Shown: positions 38,654 to 53,600 of the stretch, in pieces
Layout of the letters: every line of letters begins with the position of its first letter
Position numbering within the stretch: the first letter of the stretch is position 1
Source of the DNA: Bugula neritina
Taxonomy: Eukaryota > Animalia > Bryozoa
Direction: 5' to 3'
DNA: 64,000 nucleotides
Assembly (NCBI GenBank): GCA_964035545.1
Contig: OZ037769.1
Span: 17,576,633-17,640,632 of the forward strand
Position numbers and translations under genes: made by a program
Notes under the pieces: model-generated
What the model saw: only the letters and a program-made list of their open reading frames with translations
Told to the model about the DNA's origin: nothing
Database searches by the model: none

Positions 38654-41600
38654 ATGGATGAAGTAAGCAAAGTGGTGGTGGCTGTACGGCTTAGGCCAAT
38701 GAATAAAAGGGGTAAGCCCGTTTTTATCTAAAAAATTAAACTTTAGTGAATTAGATTTAGTATTACTATTAGTATTACTATTGGCATTGCTATTAGTCTT
38801 TAGTGACACTGACTCTGAGAGTGAGTTTGACAGTGACTCAGTTAGTAACTGTCAAAGTCCGACTCAAAGTTGTGTAAGGCAGAGTTAACTTAAGCCTGGA
38901 GTAACTGTAAGGGTCTTACAATTTGACTTTGAGCTTCAGTCTTGGACTTAGTTAGAGTTACTGTTAATAAGAGTAAGTATAACTTGTAAGCATTTTGCTC
39001 AATGATGATGGTGATATAATTATTATTATTTCTTTTTAGGTATATTTATAACTGGGCAACTTCAGATTGATATCGTTATGTCTATAGCTCTAACTGAGAT
39101 TCAAAATTATTATTAATGCAATTAATCTCGATATTATCACCACAGTCATGGTGAATGGAATGATCTTGGTGACTGTGATAGTTATAGTCACCAACAGTAA
39201 AAGTAATAATCGTAGTCAATGTGAGAGTTATGATAACTGTGACAGTCATAGTGATTGTGAATGTGAGAGTCCATAGCAGGCATTCAGGTTGTTAATCAGT
39301 TTCACAGAAGGCCATGGTTTATCACAAGGTTATCATATCATGTCTATATTAGAGTAAGATAACAGTAATAATGCCTACACAGATTAGGATTTGGTGTAAC
39401 AGACGTGGGATTATGTTCAGTGGTACTAGTGTTAGTTGTTTAATACTGTATATTGTGTGTGCTACAGAGATAGACCTGGGCACCAAATGTGTAGTGGACA
39501 TGAAGGATGATCAGACAGTGCTCTACCACCCAGATGCACCTTTTGGGGAGCCGCACAAGAAGGGAAGGTACGCTATCATATTACTATGCTTCCATATCTC
39601 CAGTCTGTACAGTATTGCTGCAGTACTGGCTACTCCAAGTACCATCACCATTGCTGCAGTACTGGTTACTCTAAGTACCATCACCATTGCTGCAGTACTG
39701 GTTACTCTAAGTACCATCACCATTGCTGCAGTACTGGTTACTCTAAGTACCATCACCATTGCTATGCTTCCTTATCTCCAGTCTGTACAGTATTGCTGCA
39801 GTACTGGCTACTCTAAGTACCATCACCATTGCTGCAGTACTGGCTACTCTAAGTACCATCACCATTGCTGCAGTACTGGTTACTCTAAGTACCATCACCA
39901 TTGCTGCAGTACTGGTTACTCTAAGTACCATCACCATTGCTGCAGTACTGGTTACTCTAAGTACCATCACCATTGCTATGCTTCCTTATCTCCAGTCTGT
40001 ACAGTATTGCTGCAGTACTGGTTACTCTAAGTACCATCACCATTGCTGCAGTACTGGTTACTCTTAGTACCATCACCATTGCTATGCTTCCTTATCTCCA
40101 GTCTGTACAGTATTGCTGCAGTACTGGCTACTCTAAGTACCATCACCATTGCTGCAGTACTGGTTACTCTAAGTACCATCACCATTGCTGCAGTACTGGC
40201 TACTCTAAGTACCATCACCATTGCTGCAGTACTGGTTACTCTAAGTACCATCACCATTGCTGCAGTACTGGCTACTCTAAGTACCATCACCATTGCTGCA
40301 GTACTGGCTACTCTAAGTACCATCACCATTGCTGCAGTACTGGTTACTCTAAGTACCATCACCATTGCTGCAGTACTGGCTACTCTGAGTACCATCACCA
40401 TTGCTGCAGTACTGGTTACTCTAAGTACCATCACCATTGCTGCAGTACTGGTTACTCTAAGTACCATCACCATTGCTGCAGTACTGGCTACTCTAAGTAC
40501 CATCACCATTGCTGCAGTACTGGTTACTCTAAGTACCATCACCATTGCTGCAGTACTGGTTACTCTAAGTACCATCACCATTGCTGCAGTACTGGCTACT
40601 CTAAGTACCATCACCATTGCTGCAGTACTGGCTACTCTAAGTACCATCACCATTGCTGCAGTACTGGCTACTCTAAGTACCATCACCATTGCTGCAGTAC
40701 TGGCTACTCTAAGTACCATCACCATTGCTGCAGTACTGGTTACTCTAAGTACCATCACCATTGCTGCAGTACTGGCTACTCTAAGTACCATCACCATTGC
40801 TATGCCGCAACCTTCTGTATCAAGTTTTCTCAACAATCTTTCAACTTCTTAGGGTTTAGCTGATTGAAGTCCGAGTAATTAAATGATTATGTCGAAACTA
40901 TTTCTTATTCTATTTTTAGTCATGTGAAGCACCAGCCTAAGGTATGTTACTTAATTTTTTATGACTTGAGATATATAAGTAATGTGTATTATATATAGTA
41001 TGATTGTTATGTATAATTCATGGTATTAATTGTATGTAACGTCTACTGTAAAACGTTGAGTACAGTGGGATGTATCGTATGCTCTAGTGTAATGTATTGT
41101 TACCATGTTACCACATACTGTATACTGTACCACATACTGTATACTGTACCACATACTGTATACTGTACCACATACTGTATACTGTACCACATACTGTATA
41201 CTGTACCACATACTGTATACTGTACCACATAATGTATACTGTACCACATACTGTATACTGTACCACATACTGTATACTGTACCACATACTGTATACTGTA
41301 CCACATAATGTATACTGTATACTGTTACTCTATACTGTACCACATACTGTATACTGTACCATATACTCTATACTGTTACTCTATACTGTACCACATACTG
41401 TATACTGTACCACATACTCTATACTGCACCACATACTGTATACTGTTACTGTATACCGTACCACATACTTTATACTGTTACAACATACTGTATACTGTAC
41501 CACATACTGTATACTGTTACTGTATACCGTACCACATACTGTATACTGTTACCACATAATGTATACTGTACCATTGTCTTACTGATTCTCCTGGGAAGAT

Positions 41601-44600
41601 GCTGTCCAGAAAAAAATACTGCAACATGAAACATGGTTATTGAATATCAATTATTCAAACTGGTACCACAGCTATCTTCACTATGCAATCTGATAGTAAT
41701 ATGTAGATATATTATGTAGATATTAGCGTATAATAACATGAATATATATATATTCTGTAGAGCTTTGCATTTGACCACTGTTTCTGGTCAATGGATGCTA
41801 AGAACACGTCCAAGTTTCATGGTGAGTAAATACCACAGTATGTAGTATGTCTGTGTAGGTTTGATAATGTTGTTGCGTAGCTGTTTATTCAACATTGCTT
41901 CAATCTTACTTCATCTGGCGGTAAACAAATCACACAAAAATGCAGATATATGTTAATCTCTTAGAGACCATGTTGAATATGATTTATGATGCACAATACT
42001 GCACTAGGATACCCTGCAACTGTCACATCTATCTATACCTCTATATCCTGTCAGTGTGTTGGCTTCTACTCTATGTTTAAATCACACACAATTTAGTAAG
42101 AATTCCATGTAAGTGGTGTATTGATTTTGTATCGTAGAATGCTGTTGGGTCATGTTTCAAACGTACTGATTATAGCAATTAGTGTAGATGTATACCTATA
42201 ACTAGGCCAGATGTACGCAGTGGTGTAGGTATTGTGTAGGATAATTATATACTCACTGTATTAATAGTTGACTACTGTCTGTCACACAACTACAGTGTTA
42301 TGTGGTAGTCTATCACGCAACTACAGTGTTATGTGGTAGTCTGTACCTGTATTATTAGTAGTATGTATTATTAGTAAGTATTAGTAACATGTATTATTAG
42401 TAACACCCATGAGCACCATGTACCGGAAGTCTATTGTTGTCTCTAGGGCAGTCAGTGGTATTCCAGAGTTTGGGAGAAGGTCTGCTGAATAATGCCTTCT
42501 GTGGATATAACGCTTGTATATTCGCCTATGGACAGACAGGTTGGCAAATCTCTATTCTATACTCTGTACTCTATGCTATACTCTGTATTCTATGCTATAC
42601 TCTGTATTCTATTCTATACTCTGTACTCTATGCTATACTCTGTATTCTATGCTATACTCTGTATTCTATGCTATACTCTGTATTCTATACTCTGTATTCT
42701 ATGCTATACTCTGTATTCTATGCTATACTCTGTATTCTATACTCTGTATTCTATGCTATACTCTGTATTCTATGCTATACTCTGTATTCTATACTCTGTA
42801 TTCTATACTCTCTGTGTTCTTTACTATACTATACTCTCTCTTATGTGGTGTTGTGGTATTCTCAACATATTGTGCATCCAGCAAACCTTCTAATTATTTT
42901 CTATAAGTATACTGATGGAGTGTTTTAATTAATATGCCTTGTTTGTGTTGTGTACAGCTGCACTAGAGTGATGAATTCGTAGAGTGGTGTGTTGTACTAG
43001 TAATCAATGTAGTAGAATATAATACACCTCTCAGTAGTCTATACTACTACCTTATACATACATACTACATACATACTACATACATTCTACTCTCCAGTCT
43101 CTCACTCATTAATTAATAACTAGAGATTTAGCAGCCAGCTGTGATGCAGCGTCTTTCTTAACAGAAATTAGCTAATCTTCCTATTAATAGTTTACCTTCT
43201 GCCTCTTGCTTGCTCTAGACTACTTAGTAGTGGTAATAGAATAGCACTTGGTACTATAACAGCACTTGGTACTATAGCACAGCACTTAGTACTATAGCAT
43301 AGCACTTAGTACTATAGCATAGCGCTTGGTACTATAGCATAGCACTTAGTACTATAACATAGCACTTGGTACTGTAGCATAGCACTTAGTACTGTAGCAT
43401 AGCACTTAGTACTGTAGCATAGCACTTAGTACTATAGCATAGCGCTTGGTACTATAGCATAGCACTTAGTACTGCAGCATAGCACTTGGTACTGTAGCAT
43501 AGCGCTTGGTACTATAGCATAGCACTTAGTACTGCAGCATAGCACTTGGTACTGTAGCATAGCACTTGGTACTGCAGCATAGCACTTAGTACTGCAGCAT
43601 AGCACTTGGTACTGTAGCATAGCACTTAGTACTGCAGCATAGCACTTGGTACTGTAGCATAGCACTTGGTACTGTAGCATAGCACTTGGTACTGTAGCAT
43701 AGCACTTAGTACTGCAGCATAGCACTTGGTACTATAGCATGGCACTTAGTACTGCAGCATAGCACTTGGTACTGCAGCATAGCACTTGGTACTGTAGCAT
43801 AGCACTTGGTACTATAGCATAGCACTTAGTACTGCAGCATAGCACTTGGTACTGTAGCATAGCACTTAGTACTGCAGCATAGCACTTGGTACTGTAGCAT
43901 AGCACTTGGTACTATAGCATAGCACTTAGTACTGCAGCATAGCACTTGGTACTGCAGCATAGCACTTAGTACTATAGCATAGCACTTGGTACTATAGCAT
44001 AGCACTTAGTACTGCAGCATAGCACTTGGTACTATAGCATGGCACTTAGTACTGCAGCATAGCACTTGGTACTGCAGCATAGCACTTGGTACTGTAGCAT
44101 AGCACTTGGTACTATAGCATAGCACTTAGTACTGCAGCATAGCACTTGGTACTGTAGCATAGCACTTAGTACTGTAGCATAGCACTTGGTACTGTAGCAT
44201 AGCACTTGGTACTATAGCATACAGCCTTATCAGATATAAAGTAAATAAGGAGGAAAGAGGCATTATTCCATTCATATATTTAGTGTCTCAGCCTAGTTGA
44301 GTCTCACTACAATAGCATAACTATAGATACTCTACTGTGTGTATTGTGTGTACTGTGTGTACAATTATCCTGGGGCCCATGTTTATCAATATTTGTTTAA
44401 TATCTAGTAATGACCCAATTCTATAGACTCTTAAGTCCTCAACATGCTACATGCCCTGCTGTATTCTCTCTTATATACTCTACTATATACTACTGTATAC
44501 TATATACTACCCTATATACTCTACTATATACTATATACTCTACTATATACTCTACTATATACTATATACTACCCTCTATACTCTAATGTATACTATACTA

Positions 44601-47600
44601 TATACTCTAATGTATACTCTACTATATACTATATACTATACTATATACTACTATACTCTACTATATACTCTACTATATACTATATACTCTACTATATACT
44701 GTATACTATATACTATAATGTATACTATACTATATACTATATACTCTACTATATACTAAATACTCTACTATATCATATACTCTACTATACTATATACTAC
44801 TATATACTCTACTATATACTATATACCCTACTGTATACTATATACTATATACTATATACTATATACTCTACTGTATACTCAATATCTCTACTACTAATTG
44901 TTATCTAGCTTATCTCGAATTAGTGGTTAGAATATTCACTTTCTACTATCTTCATCTGCCATTCACTGTTCTAGCATCAAATTCTTGTATTTTTGAAACC
45001 AACTTAATTTAAATGCCATTTTAACTGCTTGAAACTTAAGCCATTGTTTATAGTTCAGCAACTTTTCTTTTCAACAAGTGTTAAGCCAGTTAAATTCCTC
45101 CTGCATATAATTACCATGACGATATCAACATGTGTATAACTAAGTAATATACTAGGTAGTGTAGTGTATACTCTACTTAGTTTTCTACAGCTAATGTGTA
45201 TAACTAAGTAATATACTAGGTAGTGTAGTGTATACTCTACTTAGTTATCTACAGCTAATGTGTATAACTAAGTAATATACTTGGTAGTGTAGTGTATACT
45301 CTACTTAGTTATCTACAGCTAATGTGTATAACTAAGTAATATACTAGGTAGTGTAGTGTATGCTCTACTTAGTTATCTACAGCTAATGTGTATAACTAAG
45401 TAATATACTAGGTAGTGTAGTGTATACTCTACTTAGTTACCTACAGCTGACGTAGAGGGGTGAATATTGCAGGGTCGGGCAAGTCCTACACTATGATGGG
45501 AACTCATGATCAGAGAGGGATAATCCCACAGCTCTGTGACACTCTGTTTGAGAGGATTAATAGTGATAGTAAAAATGATGAGCAGACATATAAAGTTGAA
45601 GTGTCTTATATGGAGATATATAATGAGAAAGTACATGACCTGCTCTCTCCTGTCAGGTATGTGTAACCTGCTCTCTCCTGTCAGGTATGTGTAACCTGCT
45701 CTCTCCTGTCAGGTATGTGTAACCTGCTCTCTCCTGTCAGGTATGTGTAACCTGCTCTCTCCTGTCAGGTATGTGTAACCTGCTCTCACCTGTCAGGTAT
45801 GTCTAACCTGCTCTCTCCTGTCAGGTATGATGTTAATGTGGTATGTTGTATTTTGCAGGAAAGGAAATCTGAAAGTTCGGGAACACAAGATCTTAGGGCC
45901 ATACGTAGACGGGTTATCACTTCTGGCAGTAAACTGTTACGACGTGAGTCTATCACCAGTTGAGAGTTTCTCTCAATCTTAAATAGTGTTGTGCTTGTTG
46001 CTACTTGTTGCTACTTGTAACATGCTGTCTATAATTGTGTTTTATTTAAGTTATATGAATTACTATAAGTTATTCGTGATTTTAAGATAATAGTAAACTG
46101 AGATGACAGCAGCACTAATTCCTCACTCACTTATGCTGCATTCAACTGTGTCACTGCAGTGCAGTCCTGAATTATCCCCTCTTTGCATTCAACTTCAGCA
46201 AATAGGACAACTCCTAAATAGAGAAATAATCCTGTTAAAACTTTGCAGGATATTGAAAATCTGATGTTGGAAGGAAATAAATCCCGAACAGTAGCTGCAA
46301 CTAATATGAATAGTGAGAGTAGCAGGTCACATGCAGTGTTTACTATTCGACTCACCCAAACTCTCCATGATAGGGCCAGTGGGGTGAGTACTGCCACTAC
46401 TACTACTAGTACTACTAGTAGTACTAGTAGTACTAATAGTACTACTAGTAGTACTATTAGTACTGGCACAACTATCACTACTACTACTACCAGATCTTGC
46501 AATATATGCCTATTTAGTACATGTTGTGTCATATTGAATTGTGTGCAGTGTATAAGCCAATGATAAGCCAATGATGAGCCAATGAAAGTATGTCTTACAT
46601 GCAGGTGTCAGGTGAGCGGGTATCTAAGATGAGTTTAGTAGATCTGGCAGGTTCGGAAAGGGTCACTAAAACTGGTGCTATGGGCGATAGGTTGAAGGAG
46701 GGAAGCAATATCAACAAGTCTTTGACTACACTCGGCTTGGTTATTAAAGCCCTTGCTGAGTCTGCTCAACACCTCTCTGGTGCTAAGGCTAAGAAAGGCA
46801 GTTTTGTTCCCTACCGGGACTCAGTTCTTACCTGGTTACTCAAGGTAACTGTTTAGTATCGACTAGTAACTGTTTAGTATCAACTAGTAACTGTTTAGTA
46901 TCAACTAGTAACTGTTTAGTATCGACTAGTAACTGTTTAGTATCAACTAGTAACTGTTTAGTATCAACTAGTAACTGTTTAGTATCAACTAGTAACTATT
47001 CAGTATCAACTAGTAACTGTTTAGTATCAACTAGTAACTGTTTAGTATCAACTAGTAACTGTTTAGTATCAACTAGTAACTATTTAGTATCAACTAGTAA
47101 CTGTTTAGTATCAACTAGTAACTGTTTAGTATCAACTAGTAACTGTTTAGTATCAACTAGTAACTGTTTAGTATCAACTAGTAACTGTTTAGTATCAACT
47201 AGTAACTGTTTAGTATCAACTAGTAACTGTTTAGTATCAACTAGTAACTGTTTAGTATCAACTAGTAACTGTTTAGTATCAACTAGTAACTGTTTAGTAT
47301 CAACTAGTAACTGTTTAGTATCAACTAGTAACTGTTTAGTATCAACTAGTAACTGTTTAGTATCAACTAGTAACTGTTTAGTATCAACTAGTAACTGTTT
47401 AGTATCAACTAGTAACTGTTTAGTATCAACTAGTAACTGTTTAGTATCAACTAGTAACTGTTTAGTATCAACTAGTAACTGTTTAGTATCAACTAGTAAC
47501 TGTTTAGTATCAACTAGTAACTGTTTAGTATCAACTAGTAACTGTTTAGTATCAACTAGTAACTGTTTAGTATCAACTAGTAACTGTTTAGTATCAACTA

Positions 47601-50600
47601 GTAACTGTTTAGTATCAACTAGTAACTGTTTAGTATCAACTAGTAACTGTTTAGTATCAACTAGTAACTGTTTAGTATCAACTAGTAACTGTTTAGTATC
47701 AACTAGTAACTGTTTAGTATCAACTAGTAACTATTTAGTATCAACTAGTAACTAGTTACTGTTATGAAGGACAACCTGGGAGGAAACAGCAAGACTGTGA
47801 TGATAGCCACAGTATCTCCGGCAGCGGATAACTATGAGGAGACGCTGTCTACGCTGAGGTATGCTGACAGCGCTAAGAGGATTGTCAACAGGGCCGTAGT
47901 GAATGAAGACCCCAATGCTAGAATTATAAGAGAGCTTAGAACAGAAGTGGAGACACTTAAACAGCAGTTGGTTAAGGCAGAGGTAGTGTATAGTGTGTAC
48001 TCTGTATAGTATATACATGTACTCTGTATAGTATATACATGTACTCTGTATAGTATATACATCTACTCTGTATAGTATATACATGTACTCTGTATAGTAT
48101 ATACATGTACTCTGTATAGTATATACATCTACTCTGTATAGTATATTTTATTGTAGAGCCTGAAAGCGCCAGATCTGCAAGAAAGATTACAAGAATCTGA
48201 AAAGTTGATTGAAGAAATGACCAAAACATGGGAGGTGAAGCTGCAGGAGACGGAAAGAATTCATAAAGTACAGACATTAATAGAATAGTATACATAAACA
48301 TAGTATAGTATAGTTAGTAGATTAGTTAGTAGATTAGATAGTAAAGTAGTTAGTAGAGTAGTTAGTAGTTAGTAGATTGGTTAGTAGAGTAGTTAGTAGA
48401 GTAGTTAGTAGTTAGTAGATTACTTAGTAGATTACTTAGTTAGTATATTATTATATTACTTCCTTTGTTGTCTAGGAGAGACATGAAGCTCTAGAAAATA
48501 TGGGGGTTTCTGTAGAAACTTCTGGAATAAAATTAGAGAGTGACAAATGTTACCTGGTAAATCTGAATGCAGATCCTTGTCTGAATGAGCTGCTAGTATA
48601 TTACCTGAAGGACATCACTAAAGTAGGTAGTGGCAACGACTCCTCGCACTCTCAAGATATACAACTCCAAGGTCTAGGCATTCTAGCTGACCACTGCACT
48701 ATTGAGATAGAGAATGGGAACATAGTGTACATCACACCAGTGGGTGGTGCCCGCACATGTATCAATGGCTCGCTAATCCACACTAAAACTAGAGCTAAGC
48801 ACGGAGATCGCATACTTTGGGGAAACAATCATTTCTTCAGACTCAATATTCCCCGTAGAGATGGTGAGTCTAGCACCTTACCCCTCGTCACTACCCCTCT
48901 TCACTACCCCTCTTCACTGCCCTTCTTCACTACCCCTCTTCACTACCCTTCTTCACTACCCCTCTTCATTGCCCATCTTCACTGCCCCTCTTCACTGCCC
49001 TTCTTCACTACCCTTCTTCACTACCCCTCTTCACTGCCCCTCTTCACTACCCCTCTCCACTACCCCTCTTCACTGCCCCTCATCACTACCCCTCTTCACT
49101 ACCCTTCTTCACTACCCCTCTTCACTGCCCCTCTTCACTACCCCTCTCCACTACCCCTCTTCACTGCCCCTCTTCACTGCCCCTCTTCACTGCCCCTCTT
49201 CACTACCCCTCTCCACTACCCCTCTTCACTGCCCCTTGTCACTCGCTTTACATTCTCTTCAGCATGACAAGATGGTGATGATGTCACCGGTTATTGTGAT
49301 GATGTCATCAATGTTTGTAGTGATGTCAGCATCTAGCGAGCTCGCTGAAGAATTGCACGTCGACTACGACTTTGCTCAACAGGAAATCATTCAGCAGTCA
49401 CATGACCCGATACAAGAAAGTATTGAGGCCATTGAGAGGCAGTACAAAGATGACAAGCAAGGTATGCTGCTGTGTACTATCTAGTAGTTGTCATACCCTG
49501 AATATAGTACTGTGTACTATCTAGTAGTTGTCATACCCTGAATACAGTACTGTGTGCTATCTAGTAGTTGTCATACCCTGAATATAGTACTGTGTACTAT
49601 CTAGTAGTTGTCATACCCTGAATACAGTACTGTGTACTATCTAGTAGTTGTCATACCCTGAATATAGTACTGTGTACTATCTAGTAGTTGTCATACCCTG
49701 AATACAGTACTGTGTACTATCTAGTAGTTGTCATACCCTGAATACAGTACTGTGTACTATCTAGTAGCTGTCATACCCTGAATACAGTGTTAGCTCTTAC
49801 TGTGTAGTGTGTAGCTATTACTGTGTAGTGTGTAGCTATTACTGTGTAGTGTGTAGTTCACACTTGATGAATAGCGTGATGGGAGTGAATAGTACATAAT
49901 TTAGCTAATTATTTTAAATTTTTAACAGCTATCTCGGGTAGAGAAGGTAGGAAACCTTTGTACCGCGGTACAACTGTATCACAGTACTGGTGGCTTACAT
50001 GCCACCCCTCATCACCACTACTCACAAACACGCTAGTGCTCTCATTTGATGTACATGGGCTCCACACGTAGCTTAATGCTATATTCACACGTTACCTCTG
50101 TCAGACATAGACACTGATTACATAGACATAGACACTGATTACATAGACATAGACACTGATCACATAGACACTGATTACATAGACATAGACACTGATCACA
50201 TAGACATAGACACTGATCACATAGACATAGACACTGATTACATAGACATAGACACTGATCACATAGACATAGACACTGATCACATAGACATGTACACTGA
50301 TCACATAGACATAGACACTGATTACATAGACATAGACACTGATCACATAGACGCTGATCACATAGACATAGACGCTGATCACATAGACATAGACACTGAT
50401 TACATAGACATAGACACTGATCACATAGACATAGACGCTGATCACATAGACATAGACACTGATCACATAGACATAGACACTGATCACATAGACACTGATC
50501 ACATAGACATAGACACTGATCACATAGACATAGACACTGATCACATAGACATAGACACTGATCACATAGACATAGACACTGATTACATAGACATAGACAC

Positions 50601-53600
50601 TGATCACATAGACATAGACACTGATCACATAGACATAGACACTGATTACATAGACATAGACACTGATCACATAGACATAGACACTGATTACATAGACATA
50701 GACACTGATCACATAGACATGTACACTGATCACATAGACATAGACACTGATTACATAGACATAGACACTGATCACATAGACATAGACACTGATCACATAG
50801 ACATAGACACTGATCACATAGACATAGACACTGATCACATAGACACCATTTAAAGTTAAAGCTAGTCCAATCAGGCTCATTTGTAAGCATGGTTGAAATA
50901 CCATTCAATAAATAATATTTTGTGTGAATACAGCATTAAAGCTACATTTATCCCGCTGCAAATATTGTCTGTGTGGACAGGTTCTTATAGCCTAGAAGTG
51001 CTGCTCCTAACATTTATCACACTTATATGGCTTTTATTACACCTAGTCGCTTGTCCTGGGATCTTCTAGCTCTAAATATTTACTATAGTAGCCTAATACG
51101 TGTGCTAGTATGTAGTGTACTAGTATGTATAGTGTAGTAGTATGTATAGTGTACTGGTATATAGTGTAGTAGTATATAGTATACTAGTATGTAGTGTAGT
51201 AGTATATAGTGTACTAGTATATAGTGTGCTAGTATATAGTGTAGTAGTATGTAGTGTAGTAGTATATAGTGTAGTAGTATATAGTGTAGTAGTATGTAGT
51301 GTAGTAGTATATAGTGTAGTAGTATATAGTGTACTAGTATGTAGTGTACTAGTATGTATAGTGTAGTAGTATGTATAGTGTACTGGTATATAGTGTAGTA
51401 GTATATAGTATACTAGTATGTAGTGTAGTAGTATATAGTGTACTAGTATATAGTGTGCTAGTATATAGTGTAGTAGTATGTAGTGTAGTAGTATATAGTG
51501 TAGTAGTATATAGTGTAGTAGTATGTAGTGTAGTAGTATATAGTGTAGTAGTATATAGTGTAGTAGTATGTATAGTGTAGTAGTATGTATAGTGTAGTAG
51601 TATATAGTGTACTAGTATGTAGTGTAGTAGTATATAGTGTACTAGTATGTAGTGTAGTAGTAAATAGTGTAGTAGTATGTAGTGTAGTAGTGTGTAGTGT
51701 AGTAGTATGTAGTGTAGTAGTGTGTAGTGTAGTAGTATGTAGTGTAGTAGTATATAGTATACTAGTATGTAGTGTAGTAGTATATAGTGTACTAGTATAT
51801 AGTGTACTAGTATATAGTGTAGTAGTATATAGTATAGTATATAGTGTACTAGTATGTATAGTGTAGTAGTATATAGTGTACTAGTATGTAGTGTAGTAGT
51901 ATATAGTGTACTAGTATGTAGTGTAGTAGTATATAGTGTAGTAGTATATAGTGTAGTAGTATGTAGTGTAGTAGTAAATAGTGTAGTAGTATGTAGTGTA
52001 CTAGTATGTAGTGTAGTAGTATATAGTATACTAGTATGTAGTGTAGTAGTATATAGTGTACTAGTATATAGTGTACTAGTATATAGTGTAGTAGTATATA
52101 GTATAGTATATAGTGTACTAGTATGTAGTGTAGTAGTATATAGTGTAGTAGTATATAGTGTACTAGTATGTAGTGTAGTAGTATATAGTATAGTATATAG
52201 TGTACTAGTATGTATAGTGTAGTAGTATATAGTGTACTAGTATGTAGTGTAGTAGTATATAGTGTACTAGTATGTAGTGTAGTAGTATATAGTGTAGTAG
52301 TATATAGTGTAGTAGTATGTATAGTGTAGTAGTATGTATAGTGTAGTAGTATATAGTGTACTAGTATGTAGTGTAGTAGTATATAGTGTAGTAGTATATA
52401 GTGTACTAGTATGTAGTGTAGTAGTATATAGTGTAGTAGTATATAGTGTAGTAGTATATAGTGTAGTAGTATATAGTGTACTAGTATATAGTGTACTAGT
52501 ATGTATAGTGTAGTAGTATATAGTGTACTAGTATGTAGTGTAGTAGTATATAGTGTACTAGTATGTAGTGTAGTAGTATATAGTGTAGTAGTATATAGTG
52601 TAGTAGTATGTATAGTGTAGTAGTATGTATAGTGTAGTAGTATATAGTGTACTAGTATGTAGTGTAGTAGTATATAGTGTAGTAGTATATAGTGTACTAG
52701 TATGTAGTGTAGTAGTATATAGTGTAGTAGTATATAGTGTACTAGTATGTAGTGTAGTAGTATATAGTGTAGTAGTATATAGTATACTAGTATGTAGTGT
52801 AGTAGTATATAGTGTACTAGTATATAGTGTAGTAGTATGTAGTGTAGTAGTATATAGTGTACTAGTATGTATAGTGTAGTAGTATATAGTGTAGTAGTAT
52901 ATAGTGTAGTAGTATGTAGTGTAGTAGTATATAGTGTACTAGTATATAGTATATAGTAGAGTATATAGTATATAGTAGAGTATATAGTATATAGTAGAGT
53001 ATACAGTATATAGTAGTATATAGTATATAGTAATTAATATCCTGATTTCTCAGCTGCCCTGGAAGCACAGAGACAGATGTACGAGGAGCAGATGCTAACG
53101 TTACGTAGTCAGATAACTTCTAGTATGACTGGCAGCTCAGTCTATCTCTCTGGCGCTCACTCGGCAGCCAGCTCGGTGAATGACCGTCTACAGCGTCATA
53201 TCCAGCAGATGGCTCAGGACAGGTGAGGGCAACTCCATGTCTCTTTGACTAGTAGGATGACATTGACCTTTGCATTGACCTTTGCATTGACCTTTGCACT
53301 GACCTTTGCATTGACCTTTGCACTGAGTTCTACTCATTACATGTGATTTCTGTGATGTAGAAATAGCAAGTTTAAACATGGAATCATCAAACTGAAGGAG
53401 GATCTTCTCCGCGTGAATATGTACGCTAGAGAAGCGAATGAATTAGCCCGAGAACTACAGATGGGCACTCAGTACAGCGTGACGCTTCAGATTCCTGCCT
53501 CCAACCTCAGTGCAAACCGTAGAGTAAGAACTCAGTACATACAGTACTTAGTATATATACACTACTCAGTACACTACTCAGTACACTACTCAGTACAGTA

